64,000 nt of DNA, from positions 19,902-83,901 of the forward strand of contig NZ_JAUNLS010000004.1 of assembly GCF_030532325.1 (NCBI RefSeq), given 5' to 3'. Position numbers and translations under genes: made by a program. The DNA is from Corynebacterium sp. (GTDB taxonomy: Bacteria; Actinomycetota; Actinomycetes; Mycobacteriales; Mycobacteriaceae). The notes below the pieces were generated by a model. That model made no database searches and was not told the origin of the DNA. It saw only the letters and a list, made by a program, of their open reading frames with translations. Of the stretch, positions 9,354 through 19,151 are shown in pieces (the stretch's first letter is position 1; every line of letters begins with the position of its first letter).

Positions 9354-10391
9354 CTAGGAGAGCTTTTGCCAGCCGGTGGTGCGGGACAGCTCCTCGGCTC
9401 CGAGGCGTGCTGCCAGGGCGGCCGCGGCGGGGTCCTGGGCGGGGTAGGAGACGTAGGCGGTGTCCACCGCTGGCCAGGCGTGGCGCGCGGCTTCCAGCGC
9501 AGTGGAGAGCAGCGCCGTGGCGTGGCCGCGCCCGCGGTGCGCGGGCAGCACGTAGACCAGGCCCAGCTCGCAGAGGTTGGCGGCATCGGAATCAAAGCGG
9601 ATGACCTCCGCCAGGCCCACCACGTGGCCCTCCTTGTCGCGGGCCAGGGCGGTCAGCAGCGTGCCGCCGCGATCATGCAGCCGCGCCCCGGCGTCGCGGA
9701 AGCGCTGCTCGTCCCACTCGATGGTGTCCAACACCAGCCCGCCGCGCGGGTAGTGGGCGGAGGAAGAACTGAGAACCCCGAGCAGATCCGGCAGATCCCG
9801 CGGGTCCAGGCGCATGTTGGACACCACGTCGCAGCTGGCGGGGCCGGGGGCCTCGGCAGGAATGGCGAACTCCGCTTGGGCCTCGGTAAACGCTGCCTCA
9901 AATCCGGCCGCGGGTAGGGCGGCGGGTGCCGTTCCGGTGACCCAGATCTGGCGGATGGGGCGGGAGAGGGAGGAAGAAAGGGCGTCGACAAGAGCGAGCG
10001 CTGCCTCCCACGGGGCCTGGGGAAGGGGCTCGCCGGGCAGGGGAGCCACGGAGGCATCCAGGGTGATGTGGGCCTCGATGACGCCGGTATCCTCCAGCAG
10101 CGGCAGGGAGACGAGCACCCAGGCTGCGACGTCGAGGAGATCGCCTGCCACCAGCGTGGGGTAGCCCAGCTCGCCGAGCGGGCGCGGGGCATTGCGCGCG
10201 GCCAGCGCAAAGAGGTGGGCGTGTGACTCCGCGGAGCCCTCGAGGCGCTTGGTCACGTGCAGGGCGGAGACGCCCGAATGTGCCGAGCCGGTGATGTCCT
10301 GGATGGCCAGGGTGGCAGAAAACACGTAAGCCGCGACGGCCTCCTCATGATCGGGAGAGCCGGCGCGGCCGACAATTAATGGGGTGAGCAC
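9354..10391 (-). CDS. GNAT-family N-acetyltransferase with long N-terminal extension
   Basis: The C-terminal domain carries the acetyl-CoA binding pattern LVYVLPAHRGRGHATALL. I do not recognise the N-terminal ~200 aa. Confidence 0.7.
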   Translation of the reverse strand: MLTPLIVGRAGSPDHEEAVAAYVFSATLAIQDITGSAHSGVSALHVTKRLEGSAESHAHLFALAARNAPRPLGELGYPTLVAGDLLDVAAWVLVSLPLLEDTGVIEAHITLDASVAPLPGEPLPQAPWEAALALVDALSSSLSRPIRQIWVTGTAPAALPAAGFEAAFTEAQAEFAIPAEAPGPASCDVVSNMRLDPRDLPDLLGVLSSSSAHYPRGGLVLDTIEWDEQRFRDAGARLHDRGGTLLTALARDKEGHVVGLAEVIRFDSDAANLCELGLVYVLPAHRGRGHATALLSTALEAARHAWPAVDTAYVSYPAQDPAAAALAARLGAEELSRTTGWQKLS

Positions 10392-10444
10392 GTATAAGAA
10401 CCTAGCAGGTGGCTAGCGCTGTACACGTCTAGCCCTGCGCTGTC

Positions 10445-11761
10445 TTAGCCCTGCACCGCCTTCGCGGCAACATCGGCGAACTCCTGCCACTGCGCTGCTT
10501 GGGCGCGCAGGTCCTCGGCCTTCTTGGTGTTGCCCTTGGCCTCGGCGTCCTCGGCCTGCGCGGTGTACTCGTCGGCCTTGGCCTGGAACTGAGCCGCGCG
10601 GGCCTGGGCCTCGGGGTCGGTGCGGCGCCACTCGCTTTCTTCTGCCTGGGCCACGCGTTGCTCCAGGGCCTCGATCTTGGCCTCGTACTCGCGGACCTGG
10701 TTGCGCGGGACGAAGCCGATCTCCTCCCACTTTTCCTGCAGCTCGCGCAGCTTGGCGCGTGCGCCGTCGATGGACTTGGAGGGATCGATGAGCGGATCGT
10801 ACTCGCTGAGCAGGGCGTCCTTGGCGGCGGCGTTCTCCGCGAATTCCTTATCGCGCTCGTCGTTGACGGCGTTGCGGGCGTCGAAGAAGTGATCCTGGGC
10901 GGCGCGGAACTGTGCCCAGAGCTTATCGTCCACCTCACGCGGGGCGCGGCCGGCGGCCTTCCACTCCGTCATGAGGTCGCGGTAGGCGCGGGCGGTCTCG
11001 CCCCAGTTGGTGGAGTCCTTGAGCGCCTCGGCGCGCTCCACCAGCTCCTCCTTCTTGCGGCGGGCGGCCGCGCGAGTGCGGTCAAGCTCAGCAAAGTGCG
11101 AGCCGCGGCGGCGGTTGAAAGAATCGCGGGCGCGGGAGTAGCGCTTCCACAGGGCGTCATCCGTCTTGCGGTCGATGCCGCGGATCTGCTTCCACTCCTC
11201 CAGGATGGCGCGGATGCGGTCACCGGCGGCCTTCCACTCGGTGGAGTTGGCAGCGATCTCCTCGGCCTCCGCGGCGAGCTTCTCCTTGGCGGCGATGGCC
11301 TCGCTGCGGCGGCGGGCCTTGTCTGCCTCAGCCTGCTCGCCGGCCTCTACGGAGTGCTCGATGACTGCACCCAGACGCTTGTCCAGGGCGGCGAGGTCTC
11401 CGATGACTGCCGCGGTGCTCAGGCCCTCGCGCAGCTCAGCAGCGGTGGCCTTGATGGACTGCGCCTCGCTCGGGTGGGCCTTGAGGCGGGATTCCAGAAG
11501 CTCAATTTCGGTAGAGAGATCGTCGTAGCGCGCACCATAGTGGGCCAGGCCCTCGGCCGCGGTGCCTGCCTGCCACTCGCCGATCTTGCGCTCGCCCTCG
11601 GGGGCGGTGACAAAAACGGAGCCATCCTCATCCACGCGCCCCCACTTGGCGGGGTCATTTTTCGGGGCATGTGCCACCGGCACAACGGTGTGTGCGCCTG
11701 GGCGGGGGCCGGGAACCGGGCCCTTCTTGGGCATTGCGCCGGGAGTGGGGATGGAAGACAT
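10445..11761 (-). CDS. DUF349-repeat protein (Rv2731-like)
   Basis: Inner ATG at 11759-11761 gives MSSIPTPGAMPKKGPVP... Repeated helical W..F modules are present (LWKRYSRARDSFNRRR, LWAQFRAAQDHFFDAR). The upstream 135 codons of the ORF are judged non-coding. Confidence 0.8.
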   Translation of the reverse strand: MSSIPTPGAMPKKGPVPGPRPGAHTVVPVAHAPKNDPAKWGRVDEDGSVFVTAPEGERKIGEWQAGTAAEGLAHYGARYDDLSTEIELLESRLKAHPSEAQSIKATAAELREGLSTAAVIGDLAALDKRLGAVIEHSVEAGEQAEADKARRRSEAIAAKEKLAAEAEEIAANSTEWKAAGDRIRAILEEWKQIRGIDRKTDDALWKRYSRARDSFNRRRGSHFAELDRTRAAARRKKEELVERAEALKDSTNWGETARAYRDLMTEWKAAGRAPREVDDKLWAQFRAAQDHFFDARNAVNDERDKEFAENAAAKDALLSEYDPLIDPSKSIDGARAKLRELQEKWEEIGFVPRNQVREYEAKIEALEQRVAQAEESEWRRTDPEAQARAAQFQAKADEYTAQAEDAEAKGNTKKAEDLRAQAAQWQEFADVAAKAVQG

Positions 11762-11887
11762 AGGAACCACCTTGTTATCGAAGATGAACGCCGCGCGACA
11801 CGGCTGCCGAAACTTTGCCCATAACACTACCGTTTCCACCCCTAGCACGCGTGTGAACGACAAAAGTGGGGCCTTATAGGATGGGAG

Positions 11888-12535
11888 GTGATGTATAACC
11901 TTGTCGTCATTCCCGGCTCGCCGGCGCTGGCGGAGCCTCTTGCTTCCCACGACGCCGCCTCCCGCGGCCTGCTGCGCGCGGCCACTGAGCTGATCTCGGA
12001 GATATGCTCGGGCAGCTCCTTGGAGAACGGCTCCGAGAACAGCTCCGGCGCCGAGCGCATGCCCGTGGACATCGTCTGCTCCTGGGATAAGCGCTGGTAC
12101 ACCTCCTGCGAGGGAAGCCTGCGTGCCTGGGGCGCACCCAGCGTGGAGGTGGGCCAGGGCCACCACCTGCCGGAGATCATGGCCCGCTACGTGCTCGCCG
12201 AGTCCGCCGTGGGCGCGCAGGTGGAGCAGGTGCGAGACACACTCGCCCCGTTGCGAGACGGCGTGCTCACCGTGGTGGTCGTCGACGGCAGCGCGGGGTT
12301 GACCCAGCGCGCGCCGCTAGCGATGATCGATTCCGCCCAGGAGGCCCACCTGTGGTGCGAGGCCCTGCTCTCCGGTACCGCCCAGGGCTGCGACGAGGAG
12401 AAGCTGCGCGCCGCCGGCGTGTTGGAGACCTCCCTGTGGGCGCAGCTGGCCGCGCTCAACCCCGTGGCCTGTGAGCTGCGGGCCGCCGATTCCACCCTCG
12501 GGGTGGGGCGCTACGTTGCGGGGTGGCAATGCTAG
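11888..12535 (+). CDS. Conserved hypothetical protein upstream of miaA
   Basis: 215-aa Ala/Val/Leu-rich ORF whose stop overlaps the miaA start (ATGCTAG). The position corresponds to Rv2728c-like genes. No motif recognised. Confidence 0.5.
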   Translation: MMYNLVVIPGSPALAEPLASHDAASRGLLRAATELISEICSGSSLENGSENSSGAERMPVDIVCSWDKRWYTSCEGSLRAWGAPSVEVGQGHHLPEIMARYVLAESAVGAQVEQVRDTLAPLRDGVLTVVVVDGSAGLTQRAPLAMIDSAQEAHLWCEALLSGTAQGCDEEKLRAAGVLETSLWAQLAALNPVACELRAADSTLGVGRYVAGWQC

Positions 12536-13428
12536 CGCCTATCGCGGTGGTGGGGCCCACCGCCTCGGGAAAGTCGGCCCTCGGCGTGGCCCTTGCCCAC
12601 GAGCTCGACGGCGAGGTGGTCAACGTTGACTCCATGCAGCTTTACCGCGGCATGGATATTGGTACCGCCAAGCTAAGTATGGAGGAGCGCGAGGGCATTC
12701 CGCACCATCAGCTCGACGTCTGGGAGGTCACGGAGACCGCCTCGGTGGCGCGCTACCAGGCCGATGCGGTGGCCGACGTCAACGATATCCTGGCTCGCGG
12801 CAAGACCCCCATCTTGGTGGGCGGGTCGATGCTCTATGTGCAGGCGCTTGTCGACGACTGGCGGTTCCCGCCCACCGATCCCACCGTGCGCGCCAAGTAC
12901 GAGGCGCGCCGCCAGGAGATCGGCATCGAGGCGCTGCACGCCGAGCTGGCAGAAATCGACCCGGCGGCCGCGGCCATCATCGAGGACAAGGACCCGCGGC
13001 GCACCGTGCGCGCGCTGGAGGTCATCGAGCTAACCGGTCAGCCCTTCAATGCCAGTCAGCCGCCTAAGGACGCCCCGCCGCGCTGGGGAACCCGTCTGCT
13101 GGGCCTGCGCACGCAGTCCCCGTGGCTCAACCCGCGCATCGAGCTGCGCAGCAGGCTCATGTTTGAGCGTGGGCTCGTGGAGGAAGTGGAGCGCCTGCAG
13201 GCCCAGGGCCTGGTGGAGGACTCCACCGCCGGGCGGGCCATCGGCTACGCCCAGGTCTTTCAGGCCCAGCGTGGGGAGCTGACCTGGGAGGAAGCCGTGG
13301 AACGCACCATCACTGGCACGCGCCGTTACGTGCGCCGCCAGCGCTCCTGGTTTAACCGGGATAAGCGCATCAGCTGGCTGGATGCGGCCGGGGATACGTT
13401 TGCCCAGGCAATGCAAGCGCTGCAGTAG
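12523..13428 (+). CDS. miaA: tRNA dimethylallyltransferase MiaA
   Basis: P-loop [17 protein letters not shown], then [15 protein letters not shown]. Start is GTG 12523 or ATG 12529. Confidence 0.95.
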   Translation: MAMLAPIAVVGPTASGKSALGVALAHELDGEVVNVDSMQLYRGMDIGTAKLSMEEREGIPHHQLDVWEVTETASVARYQADAVADVNDILARGKTPILVGGSMLYVQALVDDWRFPPTDPTVRAKYEARRQEIGIEALHAELAEIDPAAAAIIEDKDPRRTVRALEVIELTGQPFNASQPPKDAPPRWGTRLLGLRTQSPWLNPRIELRSRLMFERGLVEEVERLQAQGLVEDSTAGRAIGYAQVFQAQRGELTWEEAVERTITGTRRYVRRQRSWFNRDKRISWLDAAGDTFAQAMQALQ

Positions 13429-13438
13429 AGTAGCGGGC

Positions 13439-14278
13439 ATGAAGTTTGCCAAGGGTCACGGAACAGAAAACGACTTTGTCATCCTCAACGCCGAGGACGT
13501 CGATGGGCAGCTAAGCCCCGAGCGCGTCGCGGCCCTGTGTGATCGCCGCGCGGGCATCGGTGGTGACGGCCTGCTGCGCGTCATCCGCGCCGGGGAGCTT
13601 GCCGCTGAGGGGGAAACGCTGGCCCCGGGCATCGACGCCCAGGACTGGTTCATGGATTACCGCAACGCCGACGGCTCCGTGGCGGAGATGTGCGGCAATG
13701 GCACCCGGGTCTTCGCCCACTGGCTGCGCTCCCGCGGCATGGTGGACAGCGATAGCTTCACCGTGGGTACCCGGGCAGGCGCCAAAGCGGTGACCGTTCA
13801 CTCCTGCACGCCGGAGGAGGCCGTGGTCAGCGTGGAGATGGGTCCAGCCACGGTCACCGGTGTGTCCACCGCCCGGATGTCCGGGCGCAACTTCGCGGGC
13901 CTGGGCGTGGACATGGGCAACCCCCACCTGGCCGCGGTGGTGCCGGGTTTGAGCGCCGAGGAGCTGGCGCAGCTGGACTTCGAGCTGCCGGAGATCGATA
14001 CCGATTTCTTCCCCGCGGGCGTGAACTTTGAGGTGCTCACCCCGCTCAGGGAAGGCAGCGTGCACATGCGCGTCTTCGAGCGCGGGGTGGGGGAGACTCG
14101 CTCCTGCGGCACGGGCACGGTGGCGGCGGCCTGCGCCGCGCTTGCCGACGCCGAACAGGGCGAAGGCCGGGTGCGCGTCATCGTGCCCGGCGGCGAGGTA
14201 GAGGTGGAGATTGTCGAGGGCGGATCCCGCCTTACCGGCCCCTCGCGCATCGTGGCCACCGGCGAGACCAGCCTCTAG
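13439..14278 (+). CDS. dapF: Diaminopimelate epimerase DapF
   Basis: [17 protein letters not shown] with both catalytic Cys motifs ([15 protein letters not shown]). Inner ATG at 13439. Confidence 0.95.
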   Translation: MKFAKGHGTENDFVILNAEDVDGQLSPERVAALCDRRAGIGGDGLLRVIRAGELAAEGETLAPGIDAQDWFMDYRNADGSVAEMCGNGTRVFAHWLRSRGMVDSDSFTVGTRAGAKAVTVHSCTPEEAVVSVEMGPATVTGVSTARMSGRNFAGLGVDMGNPHLAAVVPGLSAEELAQLDFELPEIDTDFFPAGVNFEVLTPLREGSVHMRVFERGVGETRSCGTGTVAAACAALADAEQGEGRVRVIVPGGEVEVEIVEGGSRLTGPSRIVATGETSL

Positions 14279-14799
14279 TCCTTGGAGTAGCCCGGCCCCA
14301 GCGTCTTGGCCACCCGCCGGGCCGCCAGCCAGGATTCCTTGAGTTGATCCGCGCGCTCATCGGCAATCTTGAGCAGAGACTCCAGCTCCTTGGTCTCGAT
14401 GTCGCTGCGATGCAGGCGGGCGGAGAGCCGGCGCAGGAAGCGCTCGGCGCCGTGGGCCTCGTAGTGGAAGGCGGCGATGGCGGGTTCGGTGCAGTCGGCG
14501 TCGGCAAGCGCGGGGCGATGCAACGTGCGATCCGCCAGGTTATCGGGGTCCTCGCTGCTGATGAAGGCCTCGTACTGGGAGAGAATGTCGGTGATATCCT
14601 CCACAGTCAACGCGATGGAGGTCCGCAGGGCGGTGTGCTCGGACTGATCGGGGCGGGAGGTGGCCAGCAGCCACATCGCCCAGGCCACCAGGATGGCAAT
14701 AAACAGCCCCGGCAGCTTGAGCGTCATGATGAGCAGCACGGCCGCAGACAGCGCCACACACAGGGCGAAGATGCGGCGCTGGTTCGCGGAAAAGATCAT
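14275..14799 (-). CDS. Hypothetical membrane protein (two N-terminal TM helices plus helical cytoplasmic domain)
   Basis: [48 protein letters not shown]... Lies 21 nt downstream of the preceding minus-strand gene. No family recognised. Confidence 0.5.
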   Translation of the reverse strand: MIFSANQRRIFALCVALSAAVLLIMTLKLPGLFIAILVAWAMWLLATSRPDQSEHTALRTSIALTVEDITDILSQYEAFISSEDPDNLADRTLHRPALADADCTEPAIAAFHYEAHGAERFLRRLSARLHRSDIETKELESLLKIADERADQLKESWLAARRVAKTLGPGYSKD

Positions 14800-14820
14800 G
14801 GATTTCTCCCCCTAATCGCG

Positions 14821-15630
14821 TTAGTGTCCGCCGCATCCCCCGGAACCGCAGGCGCAGCCGCCGCCGGAACCACAGCCTCCGGTGGGCAGCTCGATGGAGG
14901 CGGTGAGCATCGCCGTGCCGGCCAGCACCTCGCCCTTGGTGGGCAGCTCGCCGAAGTTCTCCGGCAGGCAGAGATCGAAGGGGAACGCGCCGTCCATGAC
15001 CATGTGCATGAACTTCTCTCCGGTGAGCTGGTTGGTGCGCCACTCGGCCTCCATCACGCGGGCGGCAAAGCGGCAGCCCGGGGTGGGCACGGTGGCCCCG
15101 GAGTTGGCGTTGATGACGGCCGCGCCCTCGGATTCGAAGGCGGCGGGGAACTCCTGGAACTCCGCCTCGTAGGCTGCGCTGTTGGGGTAGCGGGCAACGC
15201 TGAGGCCCATGGCAGTTAGCCCCACCTGCTGCCACTGCTGGGTTTCCTCGTCCGCCAGTAGCGGGCCCTGGGCCAGGTTAGCGGTGGCCTGGGCCAGCAC
15301 GGTGCCGAAGGGATCGAGGATGTCGAGGAAGGCGAGCACGTCGTTGTACATGCTCACGTGGGCAAAGCCCTGGGTGACGGCCTGGAAGCCAATGAAGGTG
15401 GCAAAGGGCTCGACGGCCAGGATGTTGATCTGCGCGCCGGAGACGTCGGCGAACTGGATGAGCTGGCCGCCGCGGACCTCGCCGGTGACGGTGAGCTGAT
15501 CCGTGGAAATCGCTGCCTCCACTGCGTCTTGCCAGCGCGGGAAGTTGAGGCCAATCGCGGCCATCTCCGCGTTGTGGGTGCCGGTTGCTTCGGTTCCGGT
15601 TACGTCAGGGGAGGTCTGGTTCGCACTCAT
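14821..15630 (-). CDS. Hypothetical soluble protein with C-terminal Gly/Cys/Ser tail
   Basis: Inner ATG at 15628-15630 gives MSANQTSPDVTGTEATG... The product is 269 aa with no signal peptide or TM helix. It ends ...ELPTGGCGSGGGCACGSGGCGGH. No family recognised. Confidence 0.55.
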   Translation of the reverse strand: MSANQTSPDVTGTEATGTHNAEMAAIGLNFPRWQDAVEAAISTDQLTVTGEVRGGQLIQFADVSGAQINILAVEPFATFIGFQAVTQGFAHVSMYNDVLAFLDILDPFGTVLAQATANLAQGPLLADEETQQWQQVGLTAMGLSVARYPNSAAYEAEFQEFPAAFESEGAAVINANSGATVPTPGCRFAARVMEAEWRTNQLTGEKFMHMVMDGAFPFDLCLPENFGELPTKGEVLAGTAMLTASIELPTGGCGSGGGCACGSGGCGGH

Positions 15631-15742
15631 GCGCACTATTGTATCCCTTGGCGCGGGAAGTCTAAAAAGGCTGCGAGCCCGCGGGTGTGCGTGTTCGTGG
15701 ATTGTCCAGGACGGCCCGCGACGTGCAAGAATAAGAAGCAAT

Positions 15743-17233
15743 ATGACGAAACCAACACACGAAGAACTTCTGGCCCAAGCGTTTCGGGATAACGCACCCC
15801 ACAACCGGGCCGCGGGAGAGCCGGACGCCGCCGCTGCTGAGACCCCGACCGTTGGCGAGTTCGATCTCGCAGAACGCAACGCCTTCCGCCGGGTGTCCAC
15901 CACCATTCGCGCGGAAGACACCACCGACGGCTACGAGGTGGAGTACCGCAAACTGCGACTGGAGCAGGTCGTGCTCGTGGGCGTGTGGACAGAGGGCACC
16001 GTTGCCGAGGTAGAAGCCACCATGGCGGAGCTGGCCGCGCTCACCGAGACCGCCGGCGCGGAGGTCGTGGAGGCCCTCTACCAAAAGCGCGATAAGCCCG
16101 ACCCGGGCACCTACGTGGGCTCCGGCAAGGTCAAGGAGCTCAAGGAGATCGTCGAGGCCACCGGCGCGGATACCGTGGTCTGCGATGGTGAACTGACTCC
16201 GGGCCAGCTCTCCGCCCTTGAGCGCGAGCTCAACACCAAGGTCATTGACCGCACCATGCTGATCCTGGACATCTTTGCCCAGCACGCCAAGTCCAAGGAG
16301 GGCAAGGCCCAGGTCTCACTGGCGCAGCTGGAGTACCTCTACACCCACACCCGTGGTTGGGGCGGTAACCTCTCGCGCCAGGCGGGCGGCCGCGCCGGTT
16401 CCAACGGCGGCGTGGGCCTGCGTGGCCCGGGCGAGACCAAGATCGAGACGGACCGTCGTCGCATCCGCACCCAGATGGCTATCCTCCGCAAGGAGCTGCG
16501 GGCCATGAAGACCGCGCGCGAGGTCAAGCGCTCGAAGCGCCAGGCCTCCTCGATCCCGCAGATCGCCATCGCCGGCTACACCAACGCGGGCAAGTCCTCG
16601 CTCATCAACGCCATGACCGGCGCCGGCGTGCTGGTGGAGGACGCGCTGTTTGCCACCCTGGATCCCACCACCCGCCGAGCGGAGCTGGCCGATGGCCGCC
16701 AGGTGGTCTTCACCGATACCGTCGGCTTCGTGCGTCACCTACCCACGCAGCTGGTGGAGGCCTTCAAGTCCACCCTGGAGGAGGTTCTGGCCGCCGACAT
16801 TATGCTGCATGTGGTGGACGGCTCGGATCCCTTCCCGCTCAAGCAGATCGAGGCGGTAAACAAGGTCATCTATGACATCGTCAAGGAGACCGGGGAGAAG
16901 GCCCCGCCGGAGATCATCGTCATCAACAAGATCGACGCCGCCGATCCCCTCGTGCTGGCGGAGCTGCGCCACGTGCTCGACCGCGACAACGTGGTCTACG
17001 TTTCCGCGCGCACCGGGGAGGGTATCGACGAGCTCATCACGCGCGTGGAGCTCTTCCTCAACGCGCGCGACGTCCACGTCCAGTTGCTGGTTCCCTTCAC
17101 CCGCGGGGACGTAGTCTCCCGCGTGCACGCCCAAGGCACGGTGCACAGCGAGGAGTACACCGAGCAGGGCACGCGTGTCGACGTCCGCCTGCCCACCGCC
17201 TTGGCCGAGGAGCTCAAGGAGTTTCGCGTTTAG
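15743..17233 (+). CDS. hflX: GTPase HflX
   Basis: Inner ATG at 15743 (MTKPTHEELL...). G1 GYTNAGKSSL, G3 DTVGF and G4 NKID are present, together with the HflX N-terminal domain. Confidence 0.93.
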   Translation: MTKPTHEELLAQAFRDNAPHNRAAGEPDAAAAETPTVGEFDLAERNAFRRVSTTIRAEDTTDGYEVEYRKLRLEQVVLVGVWTEGTVAEVEATMAELAALTETAGAEVVEALYQKRDKPDPGTYVGSGKVKELKEIVEATGADTVVCDGELTPGQLSALERELNTKVIDRTMLILDIFAQHAKSKEGKAQVSLAQLEYLYTHTRGWGGNLSRQAGGRAGSNGGVGLRGPGETKIETDRRRIRTQMAILRKELRAMKTAREVKRSKRQASSIPQIAIAGYTNAGKSSLINAMTGAGVLVEDALFATLDPTTRRAELADGRQVVFTDTVGFVRHLPTQLVEAFKSTLEEVLAADIMLHVVDGSDPFPLKQIEAVNKVIYDIVKETGEKAPPEIIVINKIDAADPLVLAELRHVLDRDNVVYVSARTGEGIDELITRVELFLNARDVHVQLLVPFTRGDVVSRVHAQGTVHSEEYTEQGTRVDVRLPTALAEELKEFRV

Positions 17234-17296
17234 CCGCGGGCGCGCTCTGGGCTCCGCTTAGGTATTTGCCCCGGCCGTGGTTCATAATGGGGGTTC

Positions 17297-18589
17297 GTGA
17301 GTACATTTGGCTGGACCGTCCACGGCGACGGGAAAACGATTAAACCTGGCGCTGTTGTCGCACCTGAGGAACGACTGAGCTGGGGCCGTACCATCGGCAT
17401 TGGCATGCAGCACGTGGTGGCCATGTTTGGCGCCACCCTGCTGGTTCCCACTCTGACCGGCTTCCCGGTCAATACCACGCTGCTCTTTTCCGGCGTGGGC
17501 ACCATTCTCTTCCTGCTGATCACCCGCAACCGCCTGCCCTCTTACCTGGGCTCCTCCTTTGCTTTCATCGCGCCGCTGGCGGCCTCGCAGCAGTACGGTA
17601 TCGGCGTGCAGGCGGGCTCGGTGCTGGCCACCGGCGTGGTGCTCATGCTCATCGGCTTTGCCGTCAAGGCCGCCGGCCGCAAGGTGCTCGACGCGGTCAT
17701 GCCGCCCGCGGTCACCGGCGCCATCGTCGCACTCATCGGCCTGAACCTGGCACCCAACGCCGCCGGTAACTACTCCAGCCAGCCGCTGGTGGCCACGGTG
17801 ACGCTCGCGGTGATTCTGCTGGCCACCGTGGCCGGGCGCGGAATGATCTCGCGCCTGTCCATCCTCCTGGGCGTCATCGTGGGCTGGGTCTTCGCGGCGT
17901 TGACCGGCAACCTGGCCGAGGGCGCGATGGAGACCGTGCGCCAGGCTGAGTGGATTGGCTTGCCGCAGTTCCATGCGCCCGAATTCCACGTCTCCGCCAT
18001 CGCCGCGGCGCTGCCGGTGCTCGTGGTGCTCATCGCGGAAAACGTTGGCCACGTCAAGGCGGTCTCTGAGATGACCAAGCGTGATCTCGATGACCTGGCC
18101 GGTGACGCGCTGATTGCCGACGGCCTCGCGACCACCCTGGCCGGCGGCTTCGGTGGCTCCGGTACCACCACCTACGCGGAAAACATCGGCGTGATGGCGG
18201 CCACCAAGGTCTATTCCACCGCGGCCTACTGGGTGGCGGCCTTGACCGCGATTGCGCTGGCCTTCATCCCGAAGTTCGGCGCGCTCATCTTCACCATCCC
18301 CACCGGCGTGCTGGGCGGCGCCTGCGTGGTGCTCTACGGACTCATCGGTATGCTGGGCGTGCGCATCTGGATGGATAACAAGGTCAACTTCAACAACCCG
18401 GTCAACCTCACCGCTGCCGCGGTGGCGCTCATCGCCGGCATTGGTAACCTCACTCTCGACGTCTTTGGCGTGACCCTGGAGGGCATCGCCTGGGGCTCGG
18501 TGGGCATCATTGTGCTCTACCCGGTGATGAAGAAGCTGTATGACACCGTGGGCGAGGGACAGAACGCCCGCTACTACAGCCCTCGTTAG
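17297..18589 (+). CDS. Nucleobase:cation symporter-2 (uracil/xanthine permease family)
   Basis: GIGMQHVVAMFGATLLVPTLTG and a 12-14 TM profile typical of UraA/PyrP-like NCS2 permeases. GTG start. Confidence 0.88.
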   Translation: MSTFGWTVHGDGKTIKPGAVVAPEERLSWGRTIGIGMQHVVAMFGATLLVPTLTGFPVNTTLLFSGVGTILFLLITRNRLPSYLGSSFAFIAPLAASQQYGIGVQAGSVLATGVVLMLIGFAVKAAGRKVLDAVMPPAVTGAIVALIGLNLAPNAAGNYSSQPLVATVTLAVILLATVAGRGMISRLSILLGVIVGWVFAALTGNLAEGAMETVRQAEWIGLPQFHAPEFHVSAIAAALPVLVVLIAENVGHVKAVSEMTKRDLDDLAGDALIADGLATTLAGGFGGSGTTTYAENIGVMAATKVYSTAAYWVAALTAIALAFIPKFGALIFTIPTGVLGGACVVLYGLIGMLGVRIWMDNKVNFNNPVNLTAAAVALIAGIGNLTLDVFGVTLEGIAWGSVGIIVLYPVMKKLYDTVGEGQNARYYSPR

Positions 18590-18673
18590 ATCACCCCATA
18601 ATTCGCCCACGGGGCTGCTGATTCCTCAAGCCTAGGCCCGGTGGTTCCCTGAGGGATTTGAAGGGGAAGGAAA

Positions 18674-18725
18674 AAGGCTCCCGCCGTCTCCCCGCGCAGT
18701 GCGCGAGGGGAGGGGCGGGAGCCTT
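18674..18725. terminator. Long imperfect hairpin between convergent permease and ptsH genes
   Basis: Outer 12-bp stem AAGGCTCCCGCC / GGCGGGAGCCTT encloses a second GC-rich stem. A U-rich run follows on the minus-strand (ptsH) side (TTTTTCCTTCC). Confidence 0.65.
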
Positions 18726-18774
18726 GTCGTGTGCTCCACGCTGTGTTGTGAAAGCGCTGTGGAAGCGGTGCTTC

Positions 18775-19044
18775 TTAGGAAGCGTCCAGGTCCTGCTCGA
18801 TCAGGCTGGCGATCTTCTCCACGGCCTCGGCGTTCTCGGAGGTGACGGTGACCTCATCGCCCTGCTCGGCGCCCAGCGCCATGATCATCAGGGAGGAGGC
18901 GGCGTCGGTCTCATCGTCATCTTCTTCGCCGACGAGGTTGAGGAAGATGTCCTCATCGAACTCGGATGCGGCGTCAGCGATGATGGATGCTGGGCGAGCG
19001 TGCAGGCCAACGGAGGAGCCTACCTTGACGGTCTTAGATGCCAT
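18775..19044 (-). CDS. ptsH: PTS phosphocarrier protein HPr
   Basis: MASKTVKVGSSVGLHARPASIIADAA with the active-site His in GLHARPAS. 89 aa. Confidence 0.95.
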   Translation of the reverse strand: MASKTVKVGSSVGLHARPASIIADAASEFDEDIFLNLVGEEDDDETDAASSLMIMALGAEQGDEVTVTSENAEAVEKIASLIEQDLDAS

Positions 19045-19151
19045 GAAAATCTATCCTTTCATTTACACACGACGCGGCCAGTCCACCGTGGACGAGTCCG
19101 CTGTGGACCAGCCGAGTCATTTTCGCGCCTTTCAGTGTACGCGTATTCGCT

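Noticed and set aside
15503-15742. N-terminal extensions of ORF-track entries: hflX from 15503, ptsI from 22381, DeoR to 25563, methyltransferase to 47172, DUF349 to 12166, fruK to 22424, dut from 53645, dapF from 13382
   Set aside because: The extensions overlap neighbouring genes or AT-richer promoter DNA and have atypical composition. Internal starts reproduce the conserved N-termini of the respective families.
19088-19115. GTCCACCGTGGAC palindrome between ptsF and ptsH as a regulatory site
   Set aside because: The arms are only 6 bp with one unpaired base, and there is no supporting motif knowledge. It could equally be chance in GC-rich DNA.
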